Assembly (NCBI RefSeq): GCF_036917195.1
Contig: NZ_JBALDG010000013.1
Location: 95,885 to 127,884, forward strand
Origin: Nostoc sp.
GTDB lineage: Bacteria > Cyanobacteriota > Cyanobacteriia > Cyanobacteriales > Nostocaceae
DNA: 32,000 bases
Reading direction: 5' to 3'
Each line of letters begins with the position of its first letter. The stretch's first letter is position 1. Shown piece after piece: positions 7,837 through 16,435 of the stretch. Below the pieces are notes generated by a model. It was not told the DNA's origin. It saw nothing but the letters and a program-made list of their open reading frames with translations, and ran no database searches. A program made the position numbers and the translations under genes.

Positions 7837-10518
7837 TCAAAGCTCAAACGAAATCGTTCCCAACACAGTCAACGGTGCTTGAGGAACGACGAAGTAGCCC
7901 TGAGTGTCGTAATATTTGACATCAAAGATATTCTTAAAGTTGAGCGCAGCCCGCCAATTATCATGTTTGTAGGAAATGGCAGCATCAGTTCTCAGATAAG
8001 AAGGAACAGTAAATGGATCACTCTGGTTAGCAATGCGCGAACCGACAAAAAAGATGCCTCCTCCAAACTGTAACCCTTTCAAACTCCCGTGTTGAATCTG
8101 ATATGTTGTCCACAGAGTTGCACCATTATATGCAGTATTTACCAAACGCTGACCTTTGATGGTCGGATCATTATCTTCGCTGACAAAGGCATCATTCAAA
8201 TAGCCAGAAGCAATGATCTTCCAACCTGGTAAAATTTCCCCTGCCAGATCTAGTTCAATTCCTCGACTTTTGACTTCCCCAATCGCGATGGAGAAGTCAG
8301 TATGGTTCGCGTCTGTAGTGGGTATATTTGTTTTAGTGATGTCATAGGCAGCTAGTGTTGCAGAAAGCCGTCGATCAAAAAACTCAGATTTGATACCAAC
8401 TTCGTACTGTGTACCGCGAGAAGGTTCCAGTGATACTCCACTAAACGTTGTCGCGTTGTTGGGAACAAAAGAACGGCTGTAACTGGCATAAAGCGAAATT
8501 GGCTCTATGGGTTGATAGACTAATCCCACACGTGGTGAGAAAGCACTGTCGTAAAAATTAGAGTTAGTGGTGTTTTCATCTCCGATTTTTGCACTGTTAT
8601 CGCTAAAAACAAAATCGTATCTACCACCAACCAATAACTTCAGATTGGATAGTAGAGTTACCTGGTCTTGCAAATAAACACCGATTGTGGAGATCCTCGT
8701 ACCGAATACACGTTGCACCACTGTCCCTGTCGGACGAGCACCATAGACTGGATTGAAAATATCTATTGAGGCGATATCACCACCAAAGAAGTTAGGATTA
8801 ATGTCTGTGTTGCGACGTAACTCCAAACCCAGCAGGAGTTGATGGGCAATTGAACCTGTGTTGAACTTACCAATTAAATCAGTTTGCCAGGAGTAGTCTT
8901 CATTTCTGCGATTGCGATTTACGATGATGTTGCCGCGCAGTGCACTACGACCGTCTGGTTCAAAGTCAGTACCGGCTTGGGTATAGATATTGTTGTCAAA
9001 CGTCGATTGCACAGAAAAAGAACTTCGCAATTGTAAATTCTCACTGAAGCGATGATCTACTGTCACGGTTCCCCGTTGGAAATCTATATTTAAAAAATCG
9101 CTAGGCTCTCCCAAGAAACGACTGATGGGAAGAGTCAGGAACACAGGTCCTGGTGGCAAACCGCGATCAAATGACCCACGTCGTCTGCCATATTCGTATT
9201 CAAAATTCAGGGTTGTATTTTCGCTGGGCTTGTAAGTGATTACAGGTGACACAGAGAAAATATCCTGATGATAGAAATCTCGGAAACTACCGGAATTTTC
9301 GTAGGCAACGTTCAAGCGATATAGTAATTTTTTGTCTGTGGTCAGTGGAGCAGAAAGGTCTATGGCACCTCGATAAAAACTGAAGCTCCCGGCGGTCAAT
9401 TCTGCTGCGTAGTAGGGACTGCTCAAGGGCTGCTTAGTGACAAAATTGATGACACCACCAGGCTCGACCTGACCGTATAGTACAGAGGAAGGACCTTTGA
9501 GAACTTCAACTCTTTCTACGTTGGCACCATAGGTGAAAAAGTTGCTGGTTGTGAAGCCATTTCTCAGAAGGTTGGAGTTGGTGAATCCTCGAATTGTGTA
9601 GTCATCAGAGAAACCACCGTAGCCCGATAAGGGTGATACTCCGGATACATTGCGGGTAGCATCGCTAATCCGCGTAATTTGCTGATCTTTAATCACCTGT
9701 TGCGGAATCACTTGAATCGACTGAGGAATGTCGCGTAACGGCGTATCGGTTCGGGTGGCAGTTGATGAATCGGGTACATTGTATCCGTCTTGCTCACCCG
9801 TCACCACTAACTCAATTGGCTCATCACCTTGTGTTGATGGTTTTGGCTGTATCTGATTCTCAGGCTGACTTGGTGGCTTTGGTTGCGTTTGAGGTTGTTG
9901 CACAGATGCAGCACTAGCGACCTCGAAGATTAGACCCTCATCTGGACTGTCTGATAACTCAACTGTTGGTACACTTCCCTCACCAATAACTGTCACCCGA
10001 ATTGTATTGACATCAAAGTTACTAACTGTTATTTCAGTAATACCTGCAATTGGTTTAGTCGAGCGGAATGTAAAGGCTTCACCCGACGGTAAACGCAGTT
10101 GAGTATTAGGAATATCTGCGATAAAGTTATTACCAGCACTGCGATTTATAACTTGCAACTGTTGCCCCTTAGTTGTCTGTAAAATTATCTCCACGCCTTG
10201 ATTCGTGGGATTGGCTTTCACTCCCATCACCTGTATAACTTCATTCCCTTGATTAAGGGGGTTGTTTGGTGTTGGCGACTGTACCAGTAACATTTGGGCG
10301 CTGGTAATAACAGGTTCTATTTCGCTTAGTTGTCGAATCTTTTTAGTTGTTTGAGGTAGCTTCGCTTCTTGTACTGTTTTCGTTGGAAGAAGCCGATTAA
10401 CCAATAAATCAAATTTAGAAATATCTTGCGCTTTCGCTGGCTGAACCACTAAAACTGTAAAAAGTATTAACAACGATTTCAGTCTGCAACTGAAGATTTT
10501 GAATATTCGCTTGCTCAT
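7837..10518 (-). CDS. TonB-dependent siderophore receptor with N-terminal AMIN domain (TBDT1)
   Basis: Signal peptide MSKRIFKIF...VVQPAKAQD. AMIN-like module VMGVKANPTNQGVEIILQT...IRVTVIGEGSVPTVEL, which resembles cyanobacterial PilQ AMIN repeats. P/Q-rich linker, then a plug (DEPIELVVTGEQD..., IRGF, VEVLKGPSSVLYG) and a beta-barrel ending in an aromatic residue context (...LTVLGTISFEL). Confidence 0.95.
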   Translation of the reverse strand: MSKRIFKIFSCRLKSLLILFTVLVVQPAKAQDISKFDLLVNRLLPTKTVQEAKLPQTTKKIRQLSEIEPVITSAQMLLVQSPTPNNPLNQGNEVIQVMGVKANPTNQGVEIILQTTKGQQLQVINRSAGNNFIADIPNTQLRLPSGEAFTFRSTKPIAGITEITVSNFDVNTIRVTVIGEGSVPTVELSDSPDEGLIFEVASAASVQQPQTQPKPPSQPENQIQPKPSTQGDEPIELVVTGEQDGYNVPDSSTATRTDTPLRDIPQSIQVIPQQVIKDQQITRISDATRNVSGVSPLSGYGGFSDDYTIRGFTNSNLLRNGFTTSNFFTYGANVERVEVLKGPSSVLYGQVEPGGVINFVTKQPLSSPYYAAELTAGSFSFYRGAIDLSAPLTTDKKLLYRLNVAYENSGSFRDFYHQDIFSVSPVITYKPSENTTLNFEYEYGRRRGSFDRGLPPGPVFLTLPISRFLGEPSDFLNIDFQRGTVTVDHRFSENLQLRSSFSVQSTFDNNIYTQAGTDFEPDGRSALRGNIIVNRNRRNEDYSWQTDLIGKFNTGSIAHQLLLGLELRRNTDINPNFFGGDIASIDIFNPVYGARPTGTVVQRVFGTRISTIGVYLQDQVTLLSNLKLLVGGRYDFVFSDNSAKIGDENTTNSNFYDSAFSPRVGLVYQPIEPISLYASYSRSFVPNNATTFSGVSLEPSRGTQYEVGIKSEFFDRRLSATLAAYDITKTNIPTTDANHTDFSIAIGEVKSRGIELDLAGEILPGWKIIASGYLNDAFVSEDNDPTIKGQRLVNTAYNGATLWTTYQIQHGSLKGLQFGGGIFFVGSRIANQSDPFTVPSYLRTDAAISYKHDNWRAALNFKNIFDVKYYDTQGYFVVPQAPLTVLGTISFEL

Positions 10519-10539
10519 TTTTCTCTCACACACCACAAT

Positions 10540-10570
10540 ATCCCAGATCACAACAATCTTGATTTGGGAT
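10540..10570 (-). promoter_or_regulatory. 11-bp imperfect inverted repeat in the TBDT1 leader (operator or 5'-UTR hairpin)
   Basis: atcccagatca (10540..10550) and tgatttgggat (10560..10570) are complementary at 10 of 11 positions, with a 9-nt spacer. The repeat ends 22 nt upstream of the TBDT1 ATG. Confidence 0.35.
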
Positions 10571-10639
10571 TTATTATCAACAGCATACGGGAATCTCTAG
10601 TGAAAAATTCGAGCTAAGTATATGCCGAAACGGATTTTT

Positions 10640-11668
10640 TTAGGTATTTTTGGCAACAATAAATCTATCTAAGTATTGACTAGGTTGGATGTCAAAGCGC
10701 TTTTTAAAAGCCACTGCGAAACGACTAGGACAGTCGTAACCCACTATCTTAGCTACCTGTTTTATGGTCATTTGCTGACTCATGATTAGTGTTCTAGCTT
10801 TTTCCATCCGGTATGCCCATAAATAGCCAAATACTGTTGTGTTAAAAACCTGACGGAACCCGATTTTCAGCTTGTAATCGTTCAAACTTACTTTTCGCGC
10901 CAATTCTAGCAACGAGGGTGGATTGTCAAAATCGGAGATTAAAATTGCTCTGGCATGGTAAATTCGGTCAATATCATCTCCTCGCAAAATGCGCGATCGC
11001 ATCAATTCCCGTTCCCCAGATGTATCGGGTTCCAACTTCAAAGCCATTAATTCTAGACACTTGGCTTGCAAGTAAATTTCTTTAATTAAACCTTGGAAAG
11101 GACAATTAACTATTTGATGCAAAATAATTTGCATTTCCGGTGTAGTTTGCCCGATGCGGAAGTAGTTGAGAAAGGATATATTGTCAGTTTCTAGATACAA
11201 CTGGAGTGATTTGGGTAGAAAGTCTAAGCCACTAACTTCATCTCTGCAAAAGAATTCCTGTGGATTGATCCCAATCTCTACCTCCAGAATGCGTTGACCT
11301 GCCCGCCAATAAGATCCACTACCAGGAATTTCCTTATCCAAATCAAAATAAGTTGCAGTGAAATTTTTTCCTCCAGGTATCATTTCTGACTCATTGTCTC
11401 CGATAACTGCAAAACTAAACTCCATTAAGGGAAGGTTATATGCCTCTGTCTCAACAATTAAATCTTCGGCTAAGTCGTACTGTTTTAGTAGTAAGTTGAT
11501 ACCTGTAGGGAAAGCCATTACGTGGTAATAACCCTGACTTTGCTGTTTTGGATCGTCCAACACTGCTAAATACCCAGTATTATATGAGTTGGTTTTTGTA
11601 GGTTCAGAGGTTAGAGTAGTATTTTGCTGTTGGTGATAGGCTTCTCTTGCTGAAAGAAACAGAGTCAT
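10640..11668 (-). CDS. AraC-family transcriptional regulator (PchR/YbtA-like siderophore-responsive type), copy 1
   Basis: 342 aa. The C-terminal double HTH reads ...PPSLLELARKVSLNDYKLKIGFRQVFNTTVFGYLWAYRMEKARTLI...IKQVAKIVGYDCPSRFAVAFKKRF. It lies immediately upstream of the receptor gene. Confidence 0.9.
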   Translation of the reverse strand: MTLFLSAREAYHQQQNTTLTSEPTKTNSYNTGYLAVLDDPKQQSQGYYHVMAFPTGINLLLKQYDLAEDLIVETEAYNLPLMEFSFAVIGDNESEMIPGGKNFTATYFDLDKEIPGSGSYWRAGQRILEVEIGINPQEFFCRDEVSGLDFLPKSLQLYLETDNISFLNYFRIGQTTPEMQIILHQIVNCPFQGLIKEIYLQAKCLELMALKLEPDTSGERELMRSRILRGDDIDRIYHARAILISDFDNPPSLLELARKVSLNDYKLKIGFRQVFNTTVFGYLWAYRMEKARTLIMSQQMTIKQVAKIVGYDCPSRFAVAFKKRFDIQPSQYLDRFIVAKNT

Positions 11669-11835
11669 TTTTGTGATTTATTGATATTTTCTCCTAATTA
11701 TCATATAGTTGGTTGTTTGGGTGGTAGTAATGCGATCGCCTATCTGCCCTACAACAAGACAAAATTTAAATATTTTTACACAGGTTCTTGCTTGAAAGTA
11801 AAGGCGATCGCTCTAATCATAGGTACAGTCAAAAC

Positions 11836-11862
11836 TTAGTTACGCAGACTTTTGATAGTCAT
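11836..11862 (-). pseudogene. 8-codon stump of a deleted PepSY gene downstream of TBDT2
   Basis: The minus strand reads ATG ACT ATC AAA AGT CTG CGT AAC TAA (MTIKSLRN*). This aligns with the PepSY1 start MTYKTLRNF, and the spacer to the TBDT stop is also conserved (compare 11863..11887 with 7812..7836). Homology ends after codon 8. Confidence 0.6.
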
Positions 11863-11887
11863 GGTAGATATTCCTGCAAAATAAAGG

Positions 11888-14548
11888 TCAAAACTCAAAC
11901 GAAATCGTTCCCAACACAGTCAAGGGTGCTTGAGGAAAGAGGTAGTAGCCATTCGTGTCGTAATATTTGACATCAAAGATATTCTTAAAGTTGAGCGCAG
12001 CCCGCCAATTATCACGTTTGTAGGAGATTGCGGCATCAGTTCTGACGTAAGAAGGAATAGTAAAGGGATCACTCTGATAGGCAATGCGCGAGCCGACAAA
12101 AAAGATACCTGCACCAAACTGTAATCCTTGCAAGTCACCCTTTTGAATTTCATAGGTTGTCCATAAAGAAGCGCCATGATAAGCTGAATTTTCCAGTCTG
12201 CTTCCTACTGGAATGCTGTTATCCTTGCTCACAAATGCATCATTCAAATACCCAGAAGCAATAATCTTCCAACCTGGTAAAATTTCTCCTGCTACATCCA
12301 GTTCAATCCCTCGACTTTTTACTTCTCCCACTGCGATTGAGAAGTCGGTATTGTTAGGGTCTGTTGTGAGTATGTTTGTTTTAGTAATATCATAGGCGGC
12401 TAGCGTTGCCGAAAGCCGTCGCTCAAAAAGCTCAGATTTTATACCAACTTCGTACTGTGTACCGCGAGAAGGTTCGAGTATTTCTCCACTAGCCGTTCTG
12501 CCAGTGTTGGGAACAAAGGAACGGCTGTAACTAGCATAGAGCGAAATCGGCTCTATGGGTTGATAGACTAATCCCACACGGGGCGAAAAGGCATTACCGT
12601 TAAACTCAGAGCTATTGATGTCTCCACCTAATGGTCTTGTACTATTGACGCTATCAACAAAATCGTATCTACCACCAACCAGCAACTTCAAATTAGATAG
12701 TAGGGTTACCTGGTCTTGCAAATAAAGACCTAGTGTGTCGGTTTTGCCAGAATAATAAGTAGCATTTTCTAAGGTTGTAGGACGGCCAGCACCATAGACA
12801 GGATTGAAAATATCGATTAAGCCAGTACTATAGTTATAGTTAGATAAAAGACCAGGTGGTGATGTGTTTCGACTCAACTCCAAACCTAGCAGGAGTTGAT
12901 GGGCAATTGAACCAGTATTGAACTTACCAATTAAATCATTTTGCCAGGAGTAGTATTTAGTGAGGAGATCGTCGTTTACTGAGTAGTCGCGCTGCAAAGT
13001 ACGACCATCTGATTGAATGCTGTCAATGTTGACATAGGCACTGTTATCAACGAACGATTGGAAAAAAAGAGCGCTTCGCAGTTGTAAACTTTTGCCGAAA
13101 TGCTGATCCAGCGTTAAAGATGCGCGATGATAGTCTAGATTGTTAAAGTCATTAGGCTCTCCGAAGTTGCGAGTGATGGGAAGCGTCAGAACGGGGTTAT
13201 TCGGTGGAAAGGCGCGATCAAATCCTCCACGTCGTCTACCATACTGGTATTCAAAAGTGAGAGCTGTGTTTTCGCTAGGCTTATAAGTGATGACAGGGGA
13301 CACAGTGAAATTATCGTAATTATAGAAATCCCGGTAACTGCCGGAATTCTCGTAAGCAACATTCAAGCGATAGAGTAATTTTTTGTCGGTGGTGAGTGGT
13401 CCAGAAAAGTCGATGGTACCCCTATAAAAACTGAAACTACCTGCTGTAAATTCTGCTGCATAGTAGGGATCGCTCAAGGGTTGCTTAGTCACATAATTGA
13501 CGACACCGCCCGGTTCAATCTGACCATACAATACAGAGGCAGGACCTTTAAGAACTTCAACTCTCTCTACACTGGCTGTAGCTGGAGGATAGCTGTCGGT
13601 TTTGAAACCATTTGTCAGAATGTTGTAGTTGGTAAATCCTCGAATCGTGTAGATATCAAATGCATTGGCAAAGCCTGTTAACGGGGACACGCCGGACACA
13701 TTGCGGGTCGCATCGCTAATCCGCGTGATTTGCTGGTCTTTGATTACCTCTTGCGGGATAACTTGAATCGATTGGGGAACATCACGTAGAGGTGTATCGG
13801 TTCTGGTAGCAGTTGATGAATTTGTGACACGATAATTATCTTGTTCGCCAGTCACCACTAACTCAATCGGCTCATCACCCGAAGCTGATGGTTGAGTTGG
13901 TTGTGTCTGATTCTGTGGCTGACTAGTTTGGGGTGGTTGTGTTTGCGGTTGCTGCTGTGATGGTGTGGGTGATGCCGCGCTGGCGACAGAGAAAATTATC
14001 CCCTCATCTGGACTATCAAACAACTCCACAACTGGCTGACTCACTTGGCCTGTGACTATTACCCTGATAGTATTGGCATCAAAGTTTGTCACCGTGATTT
14101 CGCTAACACCCGCTATTGGTTTATCTGAGCGAAACGTAAACGCATCGCCCGACGGGAGGCGCAATTGGGCATTTGGAATATCAGTGATAAAATTATTACC
14201 ACTAGAGCGATTTACTAGCGGCAACTGTTGTCCCTTAGATGTCTGTAAAATTACCTCTACACCTTTATCGGTGGGGTTTGCTTTGACTGCTGTAACTTGC
14301 ACAATTTCTGATGTGGGTGTTGGCGACTGCACTAATAACATGCGAGCACTAGTCAAAACAGGTTCTATCTCACTTAATTGCCTAATCCTCTTATTTGCAT
14401 TAGTTGCTGGGATCATCTGAGGTAAGCTCCGATTTTCTCGGTTGTTTGTCAGATTCTGGCTAGGACTAATTTCTTGTGCTGATACAGTCTGTCCAAAAAA
14501 CACTGACACTAAAGTAGCCACCAACAATGGCAGTTGCAAATTCCACAT
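11888..14548 (-). CDS. TonB-dependent siderophore receptor with N-terminal AMIN domain (TBDT2, paralogue of TBDT1)
   Basis: 886 aa with signal peptide MWNLQLPLLVATLVSVFFGQTVSAQE. It has the same AMIN / PQ-linker / plug / barrel layout as TBDT1. Long stretches are near-identical to TBDT1 at the DNA level, especially at the 3' end (11888..12040 versus 7837..7990). Confidence 0.95.
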   Translation of the reverse strand: MWNLQLPLLVATLVSVFFGQTVSAQEISPSQNLTNNRENRSLPQMIPATNANKRIRQLSEIEPVLTSARMLLVQSPTPTSEIVQVTAVKANPTDKGVEVILQTSKGQQLPLVNRSSGNNFITDIPNAQLRLPSGDAFTFRSDKPIAGVSEITVTNFDANTIRVIVTGQVSQPVVELFDSPDEGIIFSVASAASPTPSQQQPQTQPPQTSQPQNQTQPTQPSASGDEPIELVVTGEQDNYRVTNSSTATRTDTPLRDVPQSIQVIPQEVIKDQQITRISDATRNVSGVSPLTGFANAFDIYTIRGFTNYNILTNGFKTDSYPPATASVERVEVLKGPASVLYGQIEPGGVVNYVTKQPLSDPYYAAEFTAGSFSFYRGTIDFSGPLTTDKKLLYRLNVAYENSGSYRDFYNYDNFTVSPVITYKPSENTALTFEYQYGRRRGGFDRAFPPNNPVLTLPITRNFGEPNDFNNLDYHRASLTLDQHFGKSLQLRSALFFQSFVDNSAYVNIDSIQSDGRTLQRDYSVNDDLLTKYYSWQNDLIGKFNTGSIAHQLLLGLELSRNTSPPGLLSNYNYSTGLIDIFNPVYGAGRPTTLENATYYSGKTDTLGLYLQDQVTLLSNLKLLVGGRYDFVDSVNSTRPLGGDINSSEFNGNAFSPRVGLVYQPIEPISLYASYSRSFVPNTGRTASGEILEPSRGTQYEVGIKSELFERRLSATLAAYDITKTNILTTDPNNTDFSIAVGEVKSRGIELDVAGEILPGWKIIASGYLNDAFVSKDNSIPVGSRLENSAYHGASLWTTYEIQKGDLQGLQFGAGIFFVGSRIAYQSDPFTIPSYVRTDAAISYKRDNWRAALNFKNIFDVKYYDTNGYYLFPQAPLTVLGTISFEF

Positions 14549-14589
14549 ATTTTCCTCACACCAAGATAATTAAGCAGGCGTTAGCAACA

Positions 14590-14607
14590 GAGCAAATATT
14601 TTTGCTC
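14590..14607 (-). promoter_or_regulatory. perfect 7-4-7 inverted repeat in the TBDT2 leader (candidate operator)
   Basis: gagcaaa-tatt-tttgctc, AT-rich, about 42 nt upstream of the TBDT2 ATG. It differs from the repeat in the TBDT1 leader. Confidence 0.3.
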
Positions 14608-14737
14608 ATTAGTCGAGAAAGCTTCTCAAATTGCTCTTGGTAGTACAATACAGGATTTCAATCAAAAAAATGGCTCCCAAACGGAATTTTTTTGCGCCAT
14701 AATTGGAACTTAGGAGTAGATTTATACAGTAAGAGGT

Positions 14738-15715
14738 CTAAATATTCTTTTGCGTTTGATATGCTTTGGGATTTATGCCGTATTTTTTCCTAAATGCACT
14801 CGCAAATCGACTGCGGTTAACATAACCAACTATTTGAGCGACTTGTTCAATTTTCATTTGCCCTGACAGCAGTAATTGCCTGGCTTGTTCCATGCGATAG
14901 TCGTGTAAGTAACCAAACACTGTAGTCCCAAAAATTTGACGAAACCCGCGTTTAAGAGTGTATTCGTTAATACCCACTTGTCGAGCTAGATCGATTAATG
15001 AAGGTGGATTACAGATATTTCTTAGTAAAATCTCTCTGGCGTGATGGATGCGATCAATTTCTTGAAGCCGTAACAGCTTTTCTGTTGGCGCTGCTACTCG
15101 ATCTGCTAGCTTGAGGGAAACCAATTCTAGCACTTTGCTCTCGAGATACATTTTGCGTGTTAGTCCCTGATAAGGACAATGAAGAATCTGCTGAAGCGCG
15201 ACTTGTTTGGCTGGGGTAATTAGACTAGGACGTAGATTAAAATATTCTGGTACACCTGCGATCGCCTTTTCCAAATCTTTTGGTACTTGTTCTCCATAAC
15301 TTTCGATCAACGTCAAGAGTGTTTCTGGCTTAATTATCAAACTCACCCACCTCAGATTACCTGCTCCATCAATGTTGTTATTCGATTGTGGATACACACC
15401 GCCAAAAATATAGTCTTCTCCTGACTTTTTTGGTTGTCCATCACAATCTTGTCCCAATCCAGCTAAAGTGAATCCAAATTCTAAACTATTTTGGTGATGG
15501 GCATGAGTGATCCACTTGATTGACTGCGGCAAATAGGTTTCAAGAATTTCGATGAGAATGCCTTCACGCAGCGGTATCCAGCGATAATAGCCTTCGCCCA
15601 GTTCTTGAGGATACCGACAAAGACGATCTTCTTGATGGATTGGATCGATTAGGAGTTGTGGATTTGCTGCTTTCCTCAAATCCCAAAAATCATATACCGT
15701 GATGTTAATTGTCAT
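14738..15715 (-). CDS. AraC-family transcriptional regulator, copy 2
   Basis: 325 aa. The C-terminal HTH pair reads ...PPSLIDLARQVGINEYTLKRGFRQIFGTTVFGYLHDYRMEQARQLL...IEQVAQIVGYVNRSRFASAFRKKYG. It is a paralogue of copy 1 and lies upstream of TBDT2. Confidence 0.9.
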   Translation of the reverse strand: MTINITVYDFWDLRKAANPQLLIDPIHQEDRLCRYPQELGEGYYRWIPLREGILIEILETYLPQSIKWITHAHHQNSLEFGFTLAGLGQDCDGQPKKSGEDYIFGGVYPQSNNNIDGAGNLRWVSLIIKPETLLTLIESYGEQVPKDLEKAIAGVPEYFNLRPSLITPAKQVALQQILHCPYQGLTRKMYLESKVLELVSLKLADRVAAPTEKLLRLQEIDRIHHAREILLRNICNPPSLIDLARQVGINEYTLKRGFRQIFGTTVFGYLHDYRMEQARQLLLSGQMKIEQVAQIVGYVNRSRFASAFRKKYGINPKAYQTQKNI

Positions 15716-15897
15716 CGTGTGTGTACTATGCGATCGCCGTTGTTTAGATATATTACATCTGTGCGATCGCTATCTTCATACTTGCATCAAGTTGAAAAAT
15801 TACTAGAATAATTGAATTTGTAAAAAAAACAAGGTGCAGAATTTGAGAAAAAGACTGAACTAGTGCTGAACGCAGCTAAACCAATATTATCGCCGCT

Positions 15898-16065
15898 GTT
15901 TATTGAATTCGGGCAGTCGTTTATTGAATTCGGGCAGTTGTTTATTGAATTCGGGCAGTTGTTTATTGAATTCGGGCAGTTGTTTATTGAATTCGGGCAG
16001 TCGTTGATTGAATTCGGGCAGTCGTTTATTGAATTCGGGCAGTCGTTTATTGAATTCAGGCAACC
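15898..16065. repeat. 8-unit tandem array of a 21-bp repeat (gtttattgaattcgggcagtY), each unit containing a GAATTC site
   Basis: Units start at 15898, 15919, 15940, 15961, 15982, 16003, 16024 and 16045 (the last is degenerate). The only variation is c/t at unit position 21 and one t>g change. There are no spacers. A solitary gtttattgaa occurs at 20831..20840. Confidence 0.95.
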
Positions 16066-16352
16066 ACCAAGAATTCACGGAAAGTAATTTATTGCTAATT
16101 TCTCGCCCTCTCTAAAACGGGAGCATCCCAAATGTGCAAAATGCCCTTAGATGTCTTAGCAGAATTAATTTTCACTTTTATGTCTATTTATAATTGCGAT
16201 CGCTAGGTCAAAAACTTACACAAATTGTGCATAGCTGTAAGATTTACGTATCCATTTTATGATGGGCTGTATTTAGGGTGGTGCAGTAATGCCTACGCAA
16301 CTTACCGACTAGAGATATAAATTTGATGTTGGGGAGCCAGTGTGTTAGATTT

Positions 16353-16385
16353 AGATCCCCGAATCCTTGAACAAGTCGGGGATCT
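16353..16385. repeat. GATCCCCGA...TCGGGGATC hairpin repeat, copy 1
   Basis: agatccccga (16353..16362) and tcggggatct (16376..16385) form a perfect 10-bp stem. The same stem sequence recurs at 28231..28263. Confidence 0.6.
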
Positions 16386-16435
16386 GGGCGGCAACTTTTG
16401 CTTAAGTAAGTGCCATTCTACCCTACGGACTGCTG

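Noticed and set aside
7837-7847. An 11-nt overlap (translational coupling) between TBDT1 and the PepSY1 ORF as drawn in the ORF track.
   Set aside because: The overlap depends on an upstream alternative start. The conserved MTYKTLRNF / MTIKSLRN start shared with the cassette B stump supports the ATG at 7811, leaving a 25-nt gap instead.
7879-8073. Conserved antisense ORFs inside the receptor genes: 7879..8073 and 11930..12124 share similar peptides, and 14052..14420 and 17711..17926 are further examples.
   Set aside because: Their similarity to each other is explained by the sense-strand genes being paralogues. They have no independent coding signal.
15863-16087. ORFs 15863..16087 (+) and 15887..16078 (-), which encode IEFGQ-type and PEFNK-type repeats. 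I also considered whether the array is a CRISPR.
   Set aside because: Both ORFs are generated by the 21-bp (3 x 7 codon) tandem repeat staying open in several frames. There is no RBS or genic context. The repeats abut each other with no spacers, so this is not a CRISPR array.
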